NCBI RefSeq assembly: GCF_002571385.2
Contig: NW_019217911.1
Coordinates: 62,001 to 126,000 of the forward strand
Length of the DNA: 64,000 nt
From: Stylophora pistillata
Taxonomy: Eukaryota
Reading direction: 5' to 3'
The position numbers were made by a program, and so were the translations under genes. Shown here in pieces: positions 46,072 through 60,497 of this stretch (its first letter is position 1; every line of letters starts with the position of its first letter). The notes beneath the pieces were generated by a model, which worked only from the letters and a program-made list of their open reading frames with translations, was not told the DNA's origin and ran no database searches.

Positions 46072-49000
46072 TCAGTGATTCTTGGAGGGTAACTTTGAGG
46101 AAAGTTTTTCATCATCATCTGGTCTTTTAACATGAGTCTTCATGTGGGCTGACCGGCTCTTTATCTTGTGGAATATTCTACAAGTGGATTAAGAAAAGTA
46201 TTAGCACCACAACAGACACAATGAATTGAATTCCATTTAGTTCGATATTTTATTTTTGATAACTTTTTGCAGCAAGGGGGATAACTAGTAGAAGCAAGTA
46301 AGCTTCTTCGGTGCCCTCTGCACTAAAACAATCACTTGAAAGACAGGTTAGCATTGGAAAAAAGAAGTGAGAAAAGAGGATAACACCTTAGAGCTAAGGC
46401 CCTAGCTAAGCACAGGCCCTTCTAAATGCAGGCCCTAGCTTTAAGCCCAGCTAAACTTCAAATATCTCAAAGGAAAATCAGTTCAAATACAAGGTTATGC
46501 TGATTATACTTCAGACCAGACCTAGGAAAGAGAGCCACTAACCTTCCACAGACTTTACAGGCAAACTCAGGTAATTGCCCATCTGGATTATTTAAATCAG
46601 GGAGGGCTGAAGCAGGTGCTGGCGAGGGAGACTTTCTCTTTCTGACTACAGGTGCCGAATTGGTTCCATTAGTGGCAGATGAACCTGCAGTGTTACGATT
46701 CTTACGTCTGTTTGGCTCTGAAGGCTTCATAAAGCTGTCAATAATATTGTGGTTACCATGTGAGTTAGGAGCAAACATTTACTGATTGAATTCAGGAGCA
46801 AAAAAACACATAATACAAAAAGAATACAAGCATAGCTATTAAGAAACCCATTAGCTTGCTTATGAAAATTGAACAAAGAGATACAGGGGTTGTATCATCG
46901 AGCATTCTTTTCAAAGATATATTTTCAGTTGGGCATTAAATTTAATCCAGGATTGCTCCAGAAAACTATTGCCACTTTCTCACTTTGTAATAGCTTTGGT
47001 TTTGGCTTTACATTACTCAGTTAAAATGCACCCATAGAAAAGACAGAAATTGTCAGTGTTTTTTACCTTAATAATTGAGTGGCCATTATCAAAGCCACAA
47101 CAAAAATAAGCAGCATAATACAATTCAATTAGTAAATGTTTAATCCATTTAAAGTAAATTTTGAGTCATAACATCACATTGGTTTACTACTGTTTCTCAA
47201 CTATGTTTTTGGAACTAGCCATTAATGAGAAATATAATAATTTATTTAAAGTCGATAATGTAGGAAGTGGTTGCCCAATCTTCCAAGCCAGTGACTTAAA
47301 ACACTCCACTCCACATTGAATTGGAATTTGGAATGTTGGTTTTTGCAGAGGGAGGAAAACCAGAGGACCTGGAGAAAACCTTCAGAGCAAGGATGAGAAC
47401 CAACAACAAACTTAACTCACATGTGACACCACGTCCGTGAATCAAACCCAGGCCACAGTGGTGGGAGGTGAGCACTCTCACCACTGCGCAATACCTGCTC
47501 CCCACTGGAAATTACATAATGAAAATCGATGAAGAAATGTATTTACCTTCCTCCATGGACACGAATATGACCGTTCAGTGCTTGCCTTGACACAAATTTC
47601 TAAAATAAATAAACAAATAAAATTAATAGAGCTCATACAATCAGCTTCCATGGTTGAGTTAAGTGCAGTGTGAGGTCTTTCACTTAAAACAAAATTATGT
47701 GTGCTTAATTAAGAACTATTCTTGCCTAATTACTGATGTAAAACAATAAACGGTGATTGATGATGAATAAACATGCAAATAAAAAAAAAATGGATACTAA
47801 AGTGAACCTAAATTATATTATAAGGCTTCTGTAAAGAAACAGATCTTGGCAGCAACTCTCTCTGTACAGAAGAAATATTTCAAAACAGAAGTCACCAAGT
47901 GAGGACTTACAGCATTACACTGAGGGAAATCACACTCAAAATATGATGGATTGCTGTTAGTTTCACTTCCTGTGTCCTCATAATCCTGATAAAAAGAAGA
48001 CAACCAAACACTTTTACCACAAAGCAGCAAAAAAGAAAGCAACTTTTAATTCAGATATGGATGCTATCCATATATAGTTCTTATAAGCAATGATTCATAT
48101 GATGGATTGTACCCCCGCTAAAATAATGATCCAAACTAGTCATTTAAAAATGTGAACTGGCAGGCAATTGAGGAAAGTCCTTAAAATATCTGAGACTTTT
48201 CTCTCCCAAATAGGACTTTCTTGCTCAGTCTAGTGGGGTGCCCCCAATATGTAAGAGGCACAGTCCAGGCCCCATATTTTTTTATTAATTTCTAAGACTT
48301 GATTCGTGATCCTGATAATCAATGACATACCTCAGAGTCTGAGTCAATGTAACGTGTTCTTCCTCTTACAGCCTCAGGGTGAGCTGCTTTCCAATGGTAA
48401 TAGAACTCTATACAGTCAAAAATTGTTTTCTTGCCTCCAATCTATAATCATTACAGTACAAAAAATGTGTTTACCAATGAATCTAAGTGCATTACAAGTT
48501 AATAAAGGATAACTAAATTACGAAGTGACAAAAAGTATTTAAACCCTCCCTGGATGGAATGTTAGTCCATCATGTGTTACTTCCTCACAATTTAGGCCAG
48601 GTTACCAATACAGCTTCCTAATTCCCATGTTTACTAATTTAGAGGGATCCTCTGTAAGAGTTATGATGTTTTATTGCCCAAGAACAATGATCCAAACAAC
48701 TCCATGATGTGACAATGTTATTAACAAGGAATAAAACTTACATCTTTCTGAAGTTCAGCAAAGTCTTTTCCTTTTGTTCTGAAATTTTGTCTGAAAATCT
48801 GCCTCTCCTTTGAAGCCCATCTCACAGAGCCTGTAATAAATTACAATACACCATGAACATGTCATTGGACATGATTTGATGCTACCCTGGTTTAAGGATT
48901 TAATGAATGTAACCAGAAATTAAAATCCACAGACCCAACATTTTCAACACTCCTGTCTAGTGGCTTCATCAGGGGTGATCTATTTGTTGCAACAAGAGGT

Positions 49001-52000
49001 CCTTTTATATGCTCATTAATTAGCAGCCCTTTCTTCTGACTAGGGTGGAGGCATGGTGGCCTCATGGTTGGTGCACTCGACTCCGGATCGAGTGGTCCAG
49101 GTTCGAGCCCCGGCCAGGACATTGTGTTGTGTTCTTAGGCAAGACACTTTACTCTCACAGTGCCTCTCTTCACCCAGGTGTATAAATGGGTACCAGCAAT
49201 TTAATGCTGGGGGTAACCCTGTGATGGACTGGCATCCCACATCCAGGGGGGGTAGAAATACTCCTAGTCGCTTCATGCTACAGAAACCGGAGTTAGGCAC
49301 TGGCCTAACCGGCCACTAGGCTTGTAAACAGACTTTACCTCTTCTTACTAGGTGTAAATAGGCATCAAGTAGTAAGCCACTATCATCACAATTTAAAGGA
49401 GAGAGGGCAGAGTTAATATGCCAGGATTCCAGACAAAGACACCAGTGGTTATTGGAGCGAAACAAAAAATAAGTCATAAAAGTTGACTTTCTTCTTTACC
49501 TTCATAGTGATAGTCATACATTGGGTCATCATTGTGTGTGATAAATTTCTGACATAGCAGCAATTTTACTGCATCCTGGTGAGATCAATTACAAAGGAAC
49601 AATAAAGGTTATGAACAATCCCACTCAATAACAAAAAAGCTCTCAGAGGATCTAAGAATAGCACCAATAAACTTACAAATTTGGCATGTAAACACCTTCT
49701 CATTGCAAAATGAGATCATCCAAGTTGGGGAGGTCCTGGAAAGGATTGTTGTCAACAAAAATGGCTGATATCTAAAAAAACACCTGTGGCATTCTTCATC
49801 AGCATCTAGAGTACACACATCTTTGATAGCGCAAGTGTTTTTTTAAAAAAAGTCTACTGAGTGTTGTTATTCCTGTACCTACGTTTAGCCAAAGAGTTGT
49901 GTTTTCTTCATACCTTAACATTTCCATTTGCTTTATGAAGAATGTGCAAGGCATATTCCTTGTTTGATCCACCACCAACTATTGCAACAGAGCAGGCCAT
50001 ATCCAGAAAGGATTCAACTGAAATTTAAACAAGAAAAAATGATGAGATTTGATTTGTAGTTCTCCCTTCTTGCTTTCAAAAATGATTTCAAAAATTTATG
50101 AGAATGTTATTTTATTTAGAGAACCACTCCTGACTGTTAAGTTTGTTTACTCTAATCACTTGTTTGCTTATCAATGTAAGAAATTTGTTGTGAAAAATAA
50201 CATGATCATCACTCATGGGAGCTGAGAGGTTAATGCCACAAAATATGGGAGAGATTTGGTTCATTCTGCTCTGAACACAAGCACTTCCTTTTTCATACAA
50301 AAACCGCTGAACAACAAAACTTTTTCTGTCAACAGAAATTACTGAATCTGAATAGCTGAGGTTTTTGGGCAACAAAATGAAGAGTGAAAAAGCAGAGCTG
50401 TGTGAAGTGGTACATAAGAACTTACTTTCCTCCCGTCTCATACGTTTCTTTTCATCAAAAGGTTTCCAGCACAGTGTTGCCTTGTGAACATCGTGGATTG
50501 CTCCTTTTTTGTCACCTTGGAAGAAAATGGGAGGAGAGGATTAGCTTTTTGATGCTGAGCAAAACATTCCAAGCAAAAAGAGGATAGATGCATGGGTTAC
50601 ACCAAGCCATCTTCCTTCTTTTTCCTTGGGTTGATATGCTGTAATTCTACAAGACAAGAACATTGCTTTTTCACCTAAATGGGATGCTATACTCTTTCTG
50701 GCTACCCTTCAGCATTTTGTTATGTTTCACTGACAATTAGCTGATACCCATGCATACTCCCAGACAGAGAGAGAGAGAGAGTGGGGTGTCTTTCCCAGGA
50801 ATACTGCACTTTAACCCAATCAGGGCTTGATCATCAACCCCCCAATCGAGAGTCCATTCCACTAATCCCAAAGCCAATGCAAATTCTGTAATTTAGTATG
50901 ACAAATTAGTTGAAAATTTACCTATTCCTAACATGCATTACTCTCTCCCTTAAAGTTCTTTAATTTCGTTATAAATTCTCATTACTTGCACGCTTTAAAA
51001 CTTTAATTTCAGACAGTACGAAGATGTCAAGAGCCTATTCCTGTAGAATAATACACTCACCAGCCAAAGGAGGCACCTCAGCTTGGAACTGTGGACCAAC
51101 ATTTATTTTCCTGTTGACAGAAATACATTGTAAGTTAATTCTATGTTGCGCACTTCCATTTTATGTAATTCTCTTATTCTCAGCAGTATCAATGTTGACA
51201 CCATCCACCAAAGATGGACAATTTTCTTCTAGGTAAGTGGTACAAAATCATCAAGAACAATTTTTTGGGGTTCGTTTGTTCTCTGAAGGTGATGGCATAT
51301 CACAGTTAAAACAATTTGGGGAAATCAAAATAAAACTGTGAAATACTTACGGCTCAGGGAATTGACTGGCTTCTTCTCCATCAAAGCTGCCTAAAATTGT
51401 GAAGAAAAGTTGCTCAATTAAAAGCACATGGTACAATAAAATTCAAATTCAAGCAACATTTCTTGCAAAGAATAAAAGTGCTTTGTATTCTCCCTCTAAA
51501 TGTAATTTAGCATGTAATACTACCATGATACAAAGCTGTTAGAAGACAGTTTGAAGGTAAGGCAAAGAATCTATTTGGCAGTGAGCTTGTCACAGTGGAG
51601 TGGGGGAGGGGGGAGGAGGAGGGGGGGACTTGTAAGCATTAAACATCAAATAAATGAAAACCTCTGCTTAGCAAAAAAACATAATGGCTTACTTCTATGG
51701 CCACTAAGAAGAAGCCTGCTTGGTGTCATAGGCAGCTGCAAGGATGCACTCGGTCGTGGCGTCAGATTTCCCAAGGAGGGAACATGATATATACTACGAG
51801 GACTGAGCATTGGAGGAGGTGTATACGGAGGTGAACATGGTTGACTGCGATTCATTGGAGAGCCTGGACGATTAGGAAAGTAGGTCGTGCTTGCCGATGG
51901 TGGGATAGTCAAAGGCTCTGGACGTGGCCTTTGTTTCCGCCTTGGGGTGACTATCTCGGCAGGATTTCTAAACACGGCCTGGTTCCCTTTGTCTTGTGCA

Positions 52001-55000
52001 TTGTTATTGTCTTCAAGCTTGATGTGAGCAAGGGGTGGACCACTGACATCTCTCCTCTCTGCGATACCCACTTCTGATAATCGTTGCCTCTTCTCCGCTG
52101 GTTGGCCATCATTGTTTTTACTGTTTCTGAACTCGGTTCCTCTCGAGAGTGTCTCCACATGGTTTAAATCATTGTCGCTGGTAACAGAGCCATTACTCTC
52201 TGGTGTCATTGTATGTCCATAAAGTGATTTGTTGTTACCCATGGATGAAGTTGAGTTATATGCATTAGCTGTTTCATCGTAGCGCACCTAACAAATGACA
52301 CGAACGATGTTAGAATGCGCTTTAACTTATATTTGCACCTTCAGTGGTAAATTCAAGAATTTTCAAGTTTTCGATTTTATCCAACTGCACTGAGAGATGT
52401 GCAAGATGCTATTATGTTTTCAAGACTTTAAAAGTAGATACAAATGGCCTGGTGATCATAGAGAAGAAGACAATGCAATGACACATAAATCCAAATGGAA
52501 TATTATTATTTGTGTGACAACAGTGTTGTGCAAAGACATCAGCGTATAAATATGGTTTTTGTGCATAATTTTCCCATTTAAGAGACATTCCTAATTTGCC
52601 CAGTTTCCCTAACAGTAATGCAGAAGGATAAAGCAGACTTTTTATGGGAAACCTTGCAATAATAAAATCAAACCAATTATTTTCAACGCCTACTTTTTAA
52701 GTTTTACCACATGATCATAAACATTAATCAAAAGCTCCATTCTCAGTTTAGGTAAAAAAATAAGTTCCATCCATGCACAGCGCAATTTGGTTTTAATTAC
52801 AATTGATGATGATGAAATTAAAGGATAAGAACAAACTGTTTGGCTCAATATCTACGATTTCAGTCACACAATAATAAATTGCCTTACTTACAATATGTCT
52901 GAGTTCACCTTTAGATCTGTCAATATTCAAAATAAAAGAAAGAGTAGTTTTTGCCCCTACAGGTTTTTGTTTTGTTTTGTTTTGTTTTGTCTTCAAAACT
53001 GTTAACTTGTTTCCTTTAAAGGTTTTTCTTGGAGATAATACATCACCATAAAAATTCAGACTCCGAGGTAGGCACAGAAGGGCAAAATGAAAATAAATAT
53101 ATTTGGAGACAGCTTCCTCACAAAGATATAAAAATAGAAAACAGAAATAAATTGTGTTATGCTGTAGAATAAAAACTAAAGATCAAAGATCAAAGATAAA
53201 TACTGTGGTGAAGTGAAAATGGTAAAATGGAACACAGATAGAACCCATGTTATCATCAACAGTTGTAATCTTTGCTAACCTAAGATATTGACTCAGGAAC
53301 TACTAATTACTGAACCTAAAAACTGGTGAATGTTTGGTAAAGTGACTGATCATAATGCTTTTAGCAATAAGTTGAGAATAAGCAGCAAATCAAGAGAAAT
53401 TCAGAGCCTCAGATACATGCCTTAACCATTCTGTTTCTCTGAAAACAGAAAGCTATGCAGAGAGTTTGCACTTTGGAATCTGTAGAAAAGGGAGTGTGGG
53501 TTGATTTCCATTAGGTTATGGAGCAAAAATGAACTGCTACAAACTGCTGGTGATGTTGCAACTGATTTACAAACAGTGGACATGGATAAGAAAGCTCTCT
53601 TCCACGAAAGCAAGAGACTCTAGAAAACACTTGGTCACATGATCAATCAGCCTTGAAGAATATTTCATTCAAGTTCTGGCTAAAATGCAAATTTGCGTGG
53701 TTTGAATAGGCCACAGAAGACAAACACAAGTCAATCAAGTGTCAGACAAGCAGCCAACCAGCCAATCACAAGTGGGAAGCCACTCTAGTGTACAGGTGAC
53801 TTGTCAGGAAAGCGATAACCTAAGAAACAGCTGCCTGCATCTCAAAACAATTGAGCTCAAAATGAATATTGATGGCATTAAGCTTAAATCTATTTGGTTT
53901 TCAAATTTAAACCCTCCTATCTAAATAATGTAAGGTGGAAGCCAAAACAGTGACAAAAATGGAATCAAAGAAGTAACTGCCAAGAGATAAATTGGGTGCT
54001 GGAAGAGAATACCAAGCAGAATAGAACATGCCTGAAATTGAGCCAAAAGGTGTCATCTTTACACAAATGGACTTCAAATACTTATAATTAAATATTCATT
54101 TCAATCTTCATTGAAAAGCAACCAGGCGTGAAACAATATAGGTCTGCACAAATTGTGCTCCCTCTATATAGTAAACAAGCCTGCCTGGAATCACATTAGG
54201 TCTTTAATCTGACAATATTATGAACTATGCACACTTTTCTTCCCATAATATTTATAAAAAATATTTGTCTTAAAGAAAAAAAAAAAAAAAGAACATTTAT
54301 ACAAAGAATGACTACTAACCATCTTCTTTTGTAAAAGAAAAAAGACAATAGTATTGAAAGGACAAGAAAATGTATTCATTGATCATTCACCAAAGTAAAC
54401 AGTCAGGTCATATATGTCATGGATCCTTTTTTAAGATTGAGGAAAGAAGTAAATTATAATGAAAACACTACAGCAGATAACAATTAAAGACCTGATGTAG
54501 AGTACACCAAAGAGAACTAAGTTATACATTGTAATTTTTTTTAGTGTGCCAATTCCCATCACTGACTATCTCAAAATGTCACCATTTGAAGATCATTAGA
54601 CAAAGTCATTTTAGTGAGAACACAAGTAAATTTGTCTGGCCAAGAAACTAATCACTGGTATGGTAACAAATCTTTACCAGCTCAACAACTGATGGAGCAT
54701 GTACCAAATCACAAAAAATACAGCAACGACTCAAAGTTTGGTACATTTCTAGTGCTGATTTTCATGGAATGAAGTAATAAACCCTCTAACTCTCAGAAAT
54801 AATTAATTAATGTCACTTCGATCTCCTGACAATTCCAATATGTTATCTTGCAAACAGATTATGACAACAGACAATTCAGTTATCAGCTAAAGGGTGTCAC
54901 TTTTGAAATTATGACCAAATTCTCCTGTCTAAGTAGCCAGGGGGCTCCACACTAACTTTTCAACTTACTAGCCAAGTGGCTAGTGACATCTTACTGTAGA

Positions 55001-58000
55001 TGTCTTTAGATGTTACAACAATTTTGTCCTGTTTACTAGCTAGGCAAACTGGCTGGTGGAAATTGAAAACCACTAGCCAAAACTGAATTTCTACTAGTCT
55101 GTAGCTAGTGGGCTACCGTTAGTGTCGAGCCCTGAGTAAGCAGGGAGATTTATAAGTTAGACCATAGGAGTGAAAGGGCTAAAAGCCGTGCTTATTGTTA
55201 GTTAATTGCTGGTCTGTACTCGACCTGAGTGACCCAGCTGGAGCTCATCCCAGGTTTGCTTAGCTTGAAGTGACTAGGAGTATTACTACTTCTCCCTCCC
55301 CTGGATGGGATGTTACTCCATCGCAGGGTTACCCCCCAGCATTTCATCAGGGTTCCCTGACAATTTGGCATTTCTCACTTCTACTCTTTGGTTGAGAGAG
55401 GCATTGTGAGAGTGAACTGTTTTGCCAGAGAACATAACACAATGACCAGCCAGGCCTTGAACCCAGATCTCTCGACCCAGAGTCCTGTGCACTGACCAAT
55501 GGCACACTGTGTCTCTTCACTGCAGGTGCTTCCTTAAAAATCATCAAGTTTCCCCCAAAATTTGCATGTATTACTCCTTTACTCTCGCGTGGAGAAAGGT
55601 ATAGTGCAAGTGAAGCATTTTACCCACGAACACAACACAATGTCCTTGCCAGAGGAGGAACCCACACCTCTTGATGCAGAGACCAGTGCAGTGACCTCTA
55701 GGTCACCACTGGGCCATATAGTCGCAGAAATTTATTACATGAGAGAGTACTCACCTGTTGCCACTGTGTTCCAGAAGGATGCACTCCATAGAAACTGTCA
55801 CCAGTGTATCTAAATTGTCCCATTTCTTTTGCTGTGGCTACAGCAACAGCAGTAGGATCTGTAGGAGTTCCGACATGTCTTCCACTTTGTTGTTTGTAGT
55901 ATGCCACCTGCATGGTATCTGTTAGCCGGGAATCTTGGGAAGGTGATGGGGTTGCCTGTGTTGACACCCCAACAGTCTTTGTCATCTCCGTCGGAGTGTC
56001 TGCATCGTTCATCATTCTTTGACGGGATTCATTGACCAACCCACTGGCTTGCTGGGAAGCAACTGGAACTTGGAATACTGTTGAGGGAAAGTGATATTGG
56101 TACACAAACCGTGGGTCCTGAGCATACAATGCTGTCGGATACCACTGCGGGTAAGGTGTTCCATCTGGGTGGTACACCACATAGGGCTGCTGTTGAAACC
56201 TTTCTTGCCACAATTCATTGCCATTTCGAGCACCATGCTGTCCTTTGACACGATCTGCTGCCTGCTTGAGCAAGTCAACTGCTGAATGAGGTAACCCAGT
56301 ATCAGTAGCTTTCTCGGGTACACTTTGCTCTGCAGAGTTGCCAAGCCCATCCTCAGATGTCGTTGAGCTGAAGCTGTCACTATTCCTTTCCCTTTCTCTC
56401 AAGCCATTCAATGCTGCTCCCTCCAGAGGTAAATCAATAGGTCTTTCACGAGGGGCACTAGGTTCATGGGTGCTTCCAGGTGTTGATCTACCTGAGCTCC
56501 TACCACTATCATACCCACTAACTTGAAGGTGCTCATTGCGAACCTTTGTCAACTTTGGTAAATTTCTTGGTGACCCCACGTGCTCATTACTTCCAGCTGG
56601 TGATAGTTTATCATTGCAGTTTAAGCTTGGACTTCCAGAACCAGGTGGTCTAGAATCATTGACGTTGTTCCCATTGGCTGAGTGATGATTCTCCAAGTGT
56701 CGGCGTAGAGACCGCATGTCACAATAGCTCTTATCACAATCTGTGAACCTACATTCATATGGTTTTTTGTCCCGATGAGTTACCATGTGACCATTTCTGA
56801 AATTGCAAAAAATCAAAGTTAATTTTGATTTCTGGTTCATATTTTATGAACAATTTTTTGTTGTGAATAATAAAATGCAGAGCTGCAAAACCCAAACCTT
56901 GTTTGTAATCTATTTTTAATTGATCTTCTGCAGTCAGAATAATCAATAATCATTGTGGTTTGGGTAAATTTCACAAGTAGTTTTCTCCTTCAGTAAACCA
57001 TTACATTAAGAGTTTCTTAGATATATATCAGGCCATTCTCTGTTATCAAAAGAAGAAAGTGCTCAAAGTAAGCAACATTTGACTTTGATCTCTAAGTTCA
57101 CACCGGATTTGACCCTGAAGATCCAATTTCAGTTATTTGTTTACTTGAATGTCCTTTAAACATCTGTGCAAATTCTGCTCACAAGACAATATTTTATGGC
57201 AGATATTCAAATCAGGCCACAAATCCGATGAGCACAAAAGTGTGTGTTTCACCGAGATCTGGTACCATGTTGAACGCCAACATCAAATTAAGCCAATCTA
57301 CCCAAACAGGAAATTGCCAAATTCACTCACAAATGATCCTGTCTTTTGAATCCTTTTCCACAGGTTGAGCACACGTATCTTCTCTCATCGCTGTGAGTAA
57401 GTTTGTGCTTTGCAAGGGCACTAGATGATCCAAATGTTTTTCCACATTGCTCACACTTGATCTCTGGCTTTGAAGCCCCTGTAGTGGGCTTTGGTTTGCC
57501 TTTTAATTTACTTTGAGCAAGTTTCTTGCTGTCGGGATCTTCACCGGGAGTAGGACTACTACTGTCACTCTTAATGGCTGGAGAATTTGCTGATCTCCGT
57601 TCTTCCAAACTCGATGCTGGAGACACAGCAGAATGAACAGGGCTTACATAAGGCTTGGCGGTATCTGTGGAATGTCAAAAATGAATTTACAATTCACAGG
57701 CTGGGTTTCACATCAAAACATGCATCAATTAAGATCCATTGCTTCCTCAAGTAATACATTGTCAGTCCACTGGGGGACAAGATTAGTTTCTAGGCACGGC
57801 ACGGAGTAGCTAAAATATTTACAGAATGTTATCATGCATTTTTAATGATTCAAGCCCTGTAAATAAGATCTCACTAACAAACACTTAAATCACAGATCTT
57901 TCATTGGAAAAAATAAAGTGTATCAAATAGCCATTTTTTAAGTGAGAAGCTCCCTCAGTTGTGGTTTCGCTTTATAAAAGCTAAGCTTAAAAGCAACCCC

Positions 58001-60379
58001 ACAATTCCATTACTGCACATGAATACAATTTCCTTCATTCAGCACTACCTCTCAATAGCTTATTAACTGGAACCATAGAAACTCCCAAATAATTTTTTTC
58101 GCTTTAAGGACAACCATGACACACAAATTATCAACATTTGATTCAATCAGAATAAAATTATGCTTCTTTTTTTGAACCAATCTGTTTTTTTTTCACTGCC
58201 TTTAATTACAAAATTCACCCCCAAATGTTTGCATTTCTTGAGAAAGCTTATCAAGAAGAGAATGCTTTCAAAAATTTCCAGATCAATGCATGACTCCACA
58301 AAGAGTTCTTAACGCAAGCATCTGCTCTCAAGCAAACTTCCACTAGTCATATTTCACATCATGCAATAACTACAATAAATCATGGACTTATCCTGGAAAC
58401 AATATATAACTTGACAATGAAGGGTAAATATGCAGATTCTCAGACCCAATAATGAACATACATTTCATTATGTATCACAATTTGTGATGAATAACCTTTT
58501 GTGACAATCAGGTTTTCAACATGTCTAGAATTCCTGCATCTAAAAATAAATGTACTTTTGAAAGGGAGATTTTTTTCCCGGCACAAGAATGTATTCTATG
58601 TCAGATACTTACAGAAATGTTGATTTAAACCTTCCCAAAGCATTTTGCAAAAAAGATTATTCAAAAAAATACTTTCAGTCAAAATCTGTCAGAATACAGA
58701 CAGGGGTACTTTGTGGTTTGCATATAGGTACATAAAACTACTTAGAACTGACTCAAATTATTGCATGCACAGAGGCTTCCAAATTAGACCCGTAATATTA
58801 CTACTGGGCTTAGAGCTGTCAAATCGCCTGACAATACAAGGGAGGCAGGGATCTAAGTGCTAAATGAACCATGCAAAGACTCTTCAGAAAACAATGCAAC
58901 AATGTTAGTTGAAGAGGTGTTAAAAAAAAAGACACAGTCCTAATTAGTCTGCTCTGAGAACAAGTGAAACAGCTTACGTCATCAGGAAAAGGAGCTGTAT
59001 TGGCATTGCAAAAAGCCAAGTTCAATATTGGGTTAAAACAATACCTTTAGCCTATATTAGAGAAGATTCAATTTGATCTGCAGACACAATGGCTAAAAGC
59101 ATTTTTGACACCTACTTAGCAGCTTGTCTTGACCTCGCTGGTTTACCACATCAGTGTTTGAAGCAGCTGAACTGGGAAGTTGTGACTGTGTCTGAGATGC
59201 TGATGCATCAGAAGGGATGTTATTCAATGGCACAAATGAAGGCACGGCAGCAAAGTTTTCATAACGACCCTGATCACCCCCTACAGAGAGCCCCTGATAG
59301 TACATTCCATCGATCACTCGAACAGGTCCAAGTCCAGGTACCATAGCATAGCCTCCTGCATGGACAAGTCGTCTGTCCATAAACTGCAAGCCTGGAGCTC
59401 CATGCTGCAAATTTCCATAAACGTTTCCTTCTCCAGGGTTCACTGTACTTGTTGCCACAGGTACTTGTTGCTCCGGCCTTCCCGAAACATAATCCATGTG
59501 CTGAACAGGAAATCCCTTGAGCTCATTCATGCTAGTGTGCACAAAATGCTCCCTCTTTAGCACATTAGCACTGTTTCCAGCATTTCCACCGGCCATTGCT
59601 ACCATATGTGGATATGCTCCAGCCGGCATGTAATAAACAGGAAGCGCTTTCGTATCTCCGTGCACGTTCCTCAAAATCTCCCCGCCAGCGTTCTGTGATT
59701 TGGCATTTCCTTTGTCTTCCAGTTTGTTGACATCCTCGTGGTGTGCATTATAATTATAATACAGCGCACGCGAGGAGTGAGATTGAACCGCATTCACGTT
59801 CTCATCATTTCCATCAGAAATTTTCTCGTTGCATCGAAGCTCGCTGCTTCTTATCTTGCCCGAATCTTGTGAATCGTTGTCAGAGTCCGAATCGACTTCC
59901 TGTTGTTCTTTATTGTTCATTCTTTTTATTATAACGCTAGCGCGATCGCTTTCTTGTTGTTGACGATCGTTCGGAGTTGTGGCATGCGCTGGAATAGATG
60001 ACGAATTTCCGTGATTTAACTGAATCCAGTGAGTTCGAGGGACTTCATAAATATTATTCCCTTCCATAGCACGCCTCCCTGCATCATCGACGTTCTTTTT
60101 AGCAAGATGGCTCGCTTCTGTTTCCTGGTATTCCTTTTGCGTGTTAAGCTTCAACGCATCGCCACTTTTAGCATTTACCTGAGCAATTTCATCTTCGCTC
60201 ATCATCTGATCTTCGATATTCGCCGTTTCGGCGAGTCTTGAGGGTTCTGCGTTCATGACTGGCTTTTTGATTAGCAGCCGAGAGGAATCGTCCTCCGGAG
60301 TTTCAACGTATAATGACGGAGCTGGTTCTTCTGTGCTTTCAGCTTCGGGGCTACCACACGGAAAAGTCTCAAAAGACAT
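46072..60379 (-). CDS. TRERF1: TRERF1/ZNF541/MIDEAS-family C2H2 zinc finger - ELM2 - SANT transcriptional co-regulator (15 coding exons, about 1406 aa)
   Basis: Exons 60379-59116, 57664-57331, 56796-55755, 52287-51693, 51390-51351, 51110-51061, 50515-50426, 50017-49914, 49575-49500, 48830-48742, 48441-48331, 47985-47911, 47599-47547, 46734-46543, 46177-46072. Three N-terminal C2H2 fingers (incl. [12 protein letters not shown]); [10 protein letters not shown]; ELM2 ([22 protein letters not shown]); SANT (CIEFYYHWK); fingers SRQALNGH and [12 protein letters not shown]. The first donor (59116) is the least certain. Likely co-orthologue of the three vertebrate paralogues. Confidence 0.88.
47290..47503 (-). 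mobile_element. tRNA-derived SINE with V-domain-like core
   Basis: On the minus strand: A-box GCGCAGTGG, B-box-like GGTTTGATTC, core GGTTTTCTCCAGGTCCTCTGGTTTTCCTCCC. Confidence 0.65.
49044..49341 (+). mobile_element. Full-length tRNA-derived CORE-like SINE
   Basis: A-box TGGCCTCATGG, B-box GGTTCGAGCC, core GGCAAGACACTTTACTCTCACAGTGCCTC...TGTATAAATGGG, TTTACC tail; decayed reverse copies at about 48545-48700, 50660-50870, 55215-55515 and 55540-55710. Confidence 0.8.
54938..55133. mobile_element. hAT-like MITE nested inside a TTAA/CCC-type repeat
   Basis: CAGGGGGCTCCACACTAAC ... GTTAGTGTCGAGCCCTG; internal ACTAGCC repeats. Confidence 0.6.
55215..55515 (-). mobile_element. CORE-like SINE copy (reverse)
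   Basis: Reverse-complement similarity to 49044-49341. Confidence 0.7.
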
Positions 60380-60497
60380 AACGAGGAAAGTCTGTTCCGA
60401 TAAAATACTGTCCCGCGCGGTTGCTGGTAGTTTTCACAAGCGCCAAGGCAGGGCGCTCAGAACAAAATCGACCGGCGTAATTCACTTTCGCAAGAAG

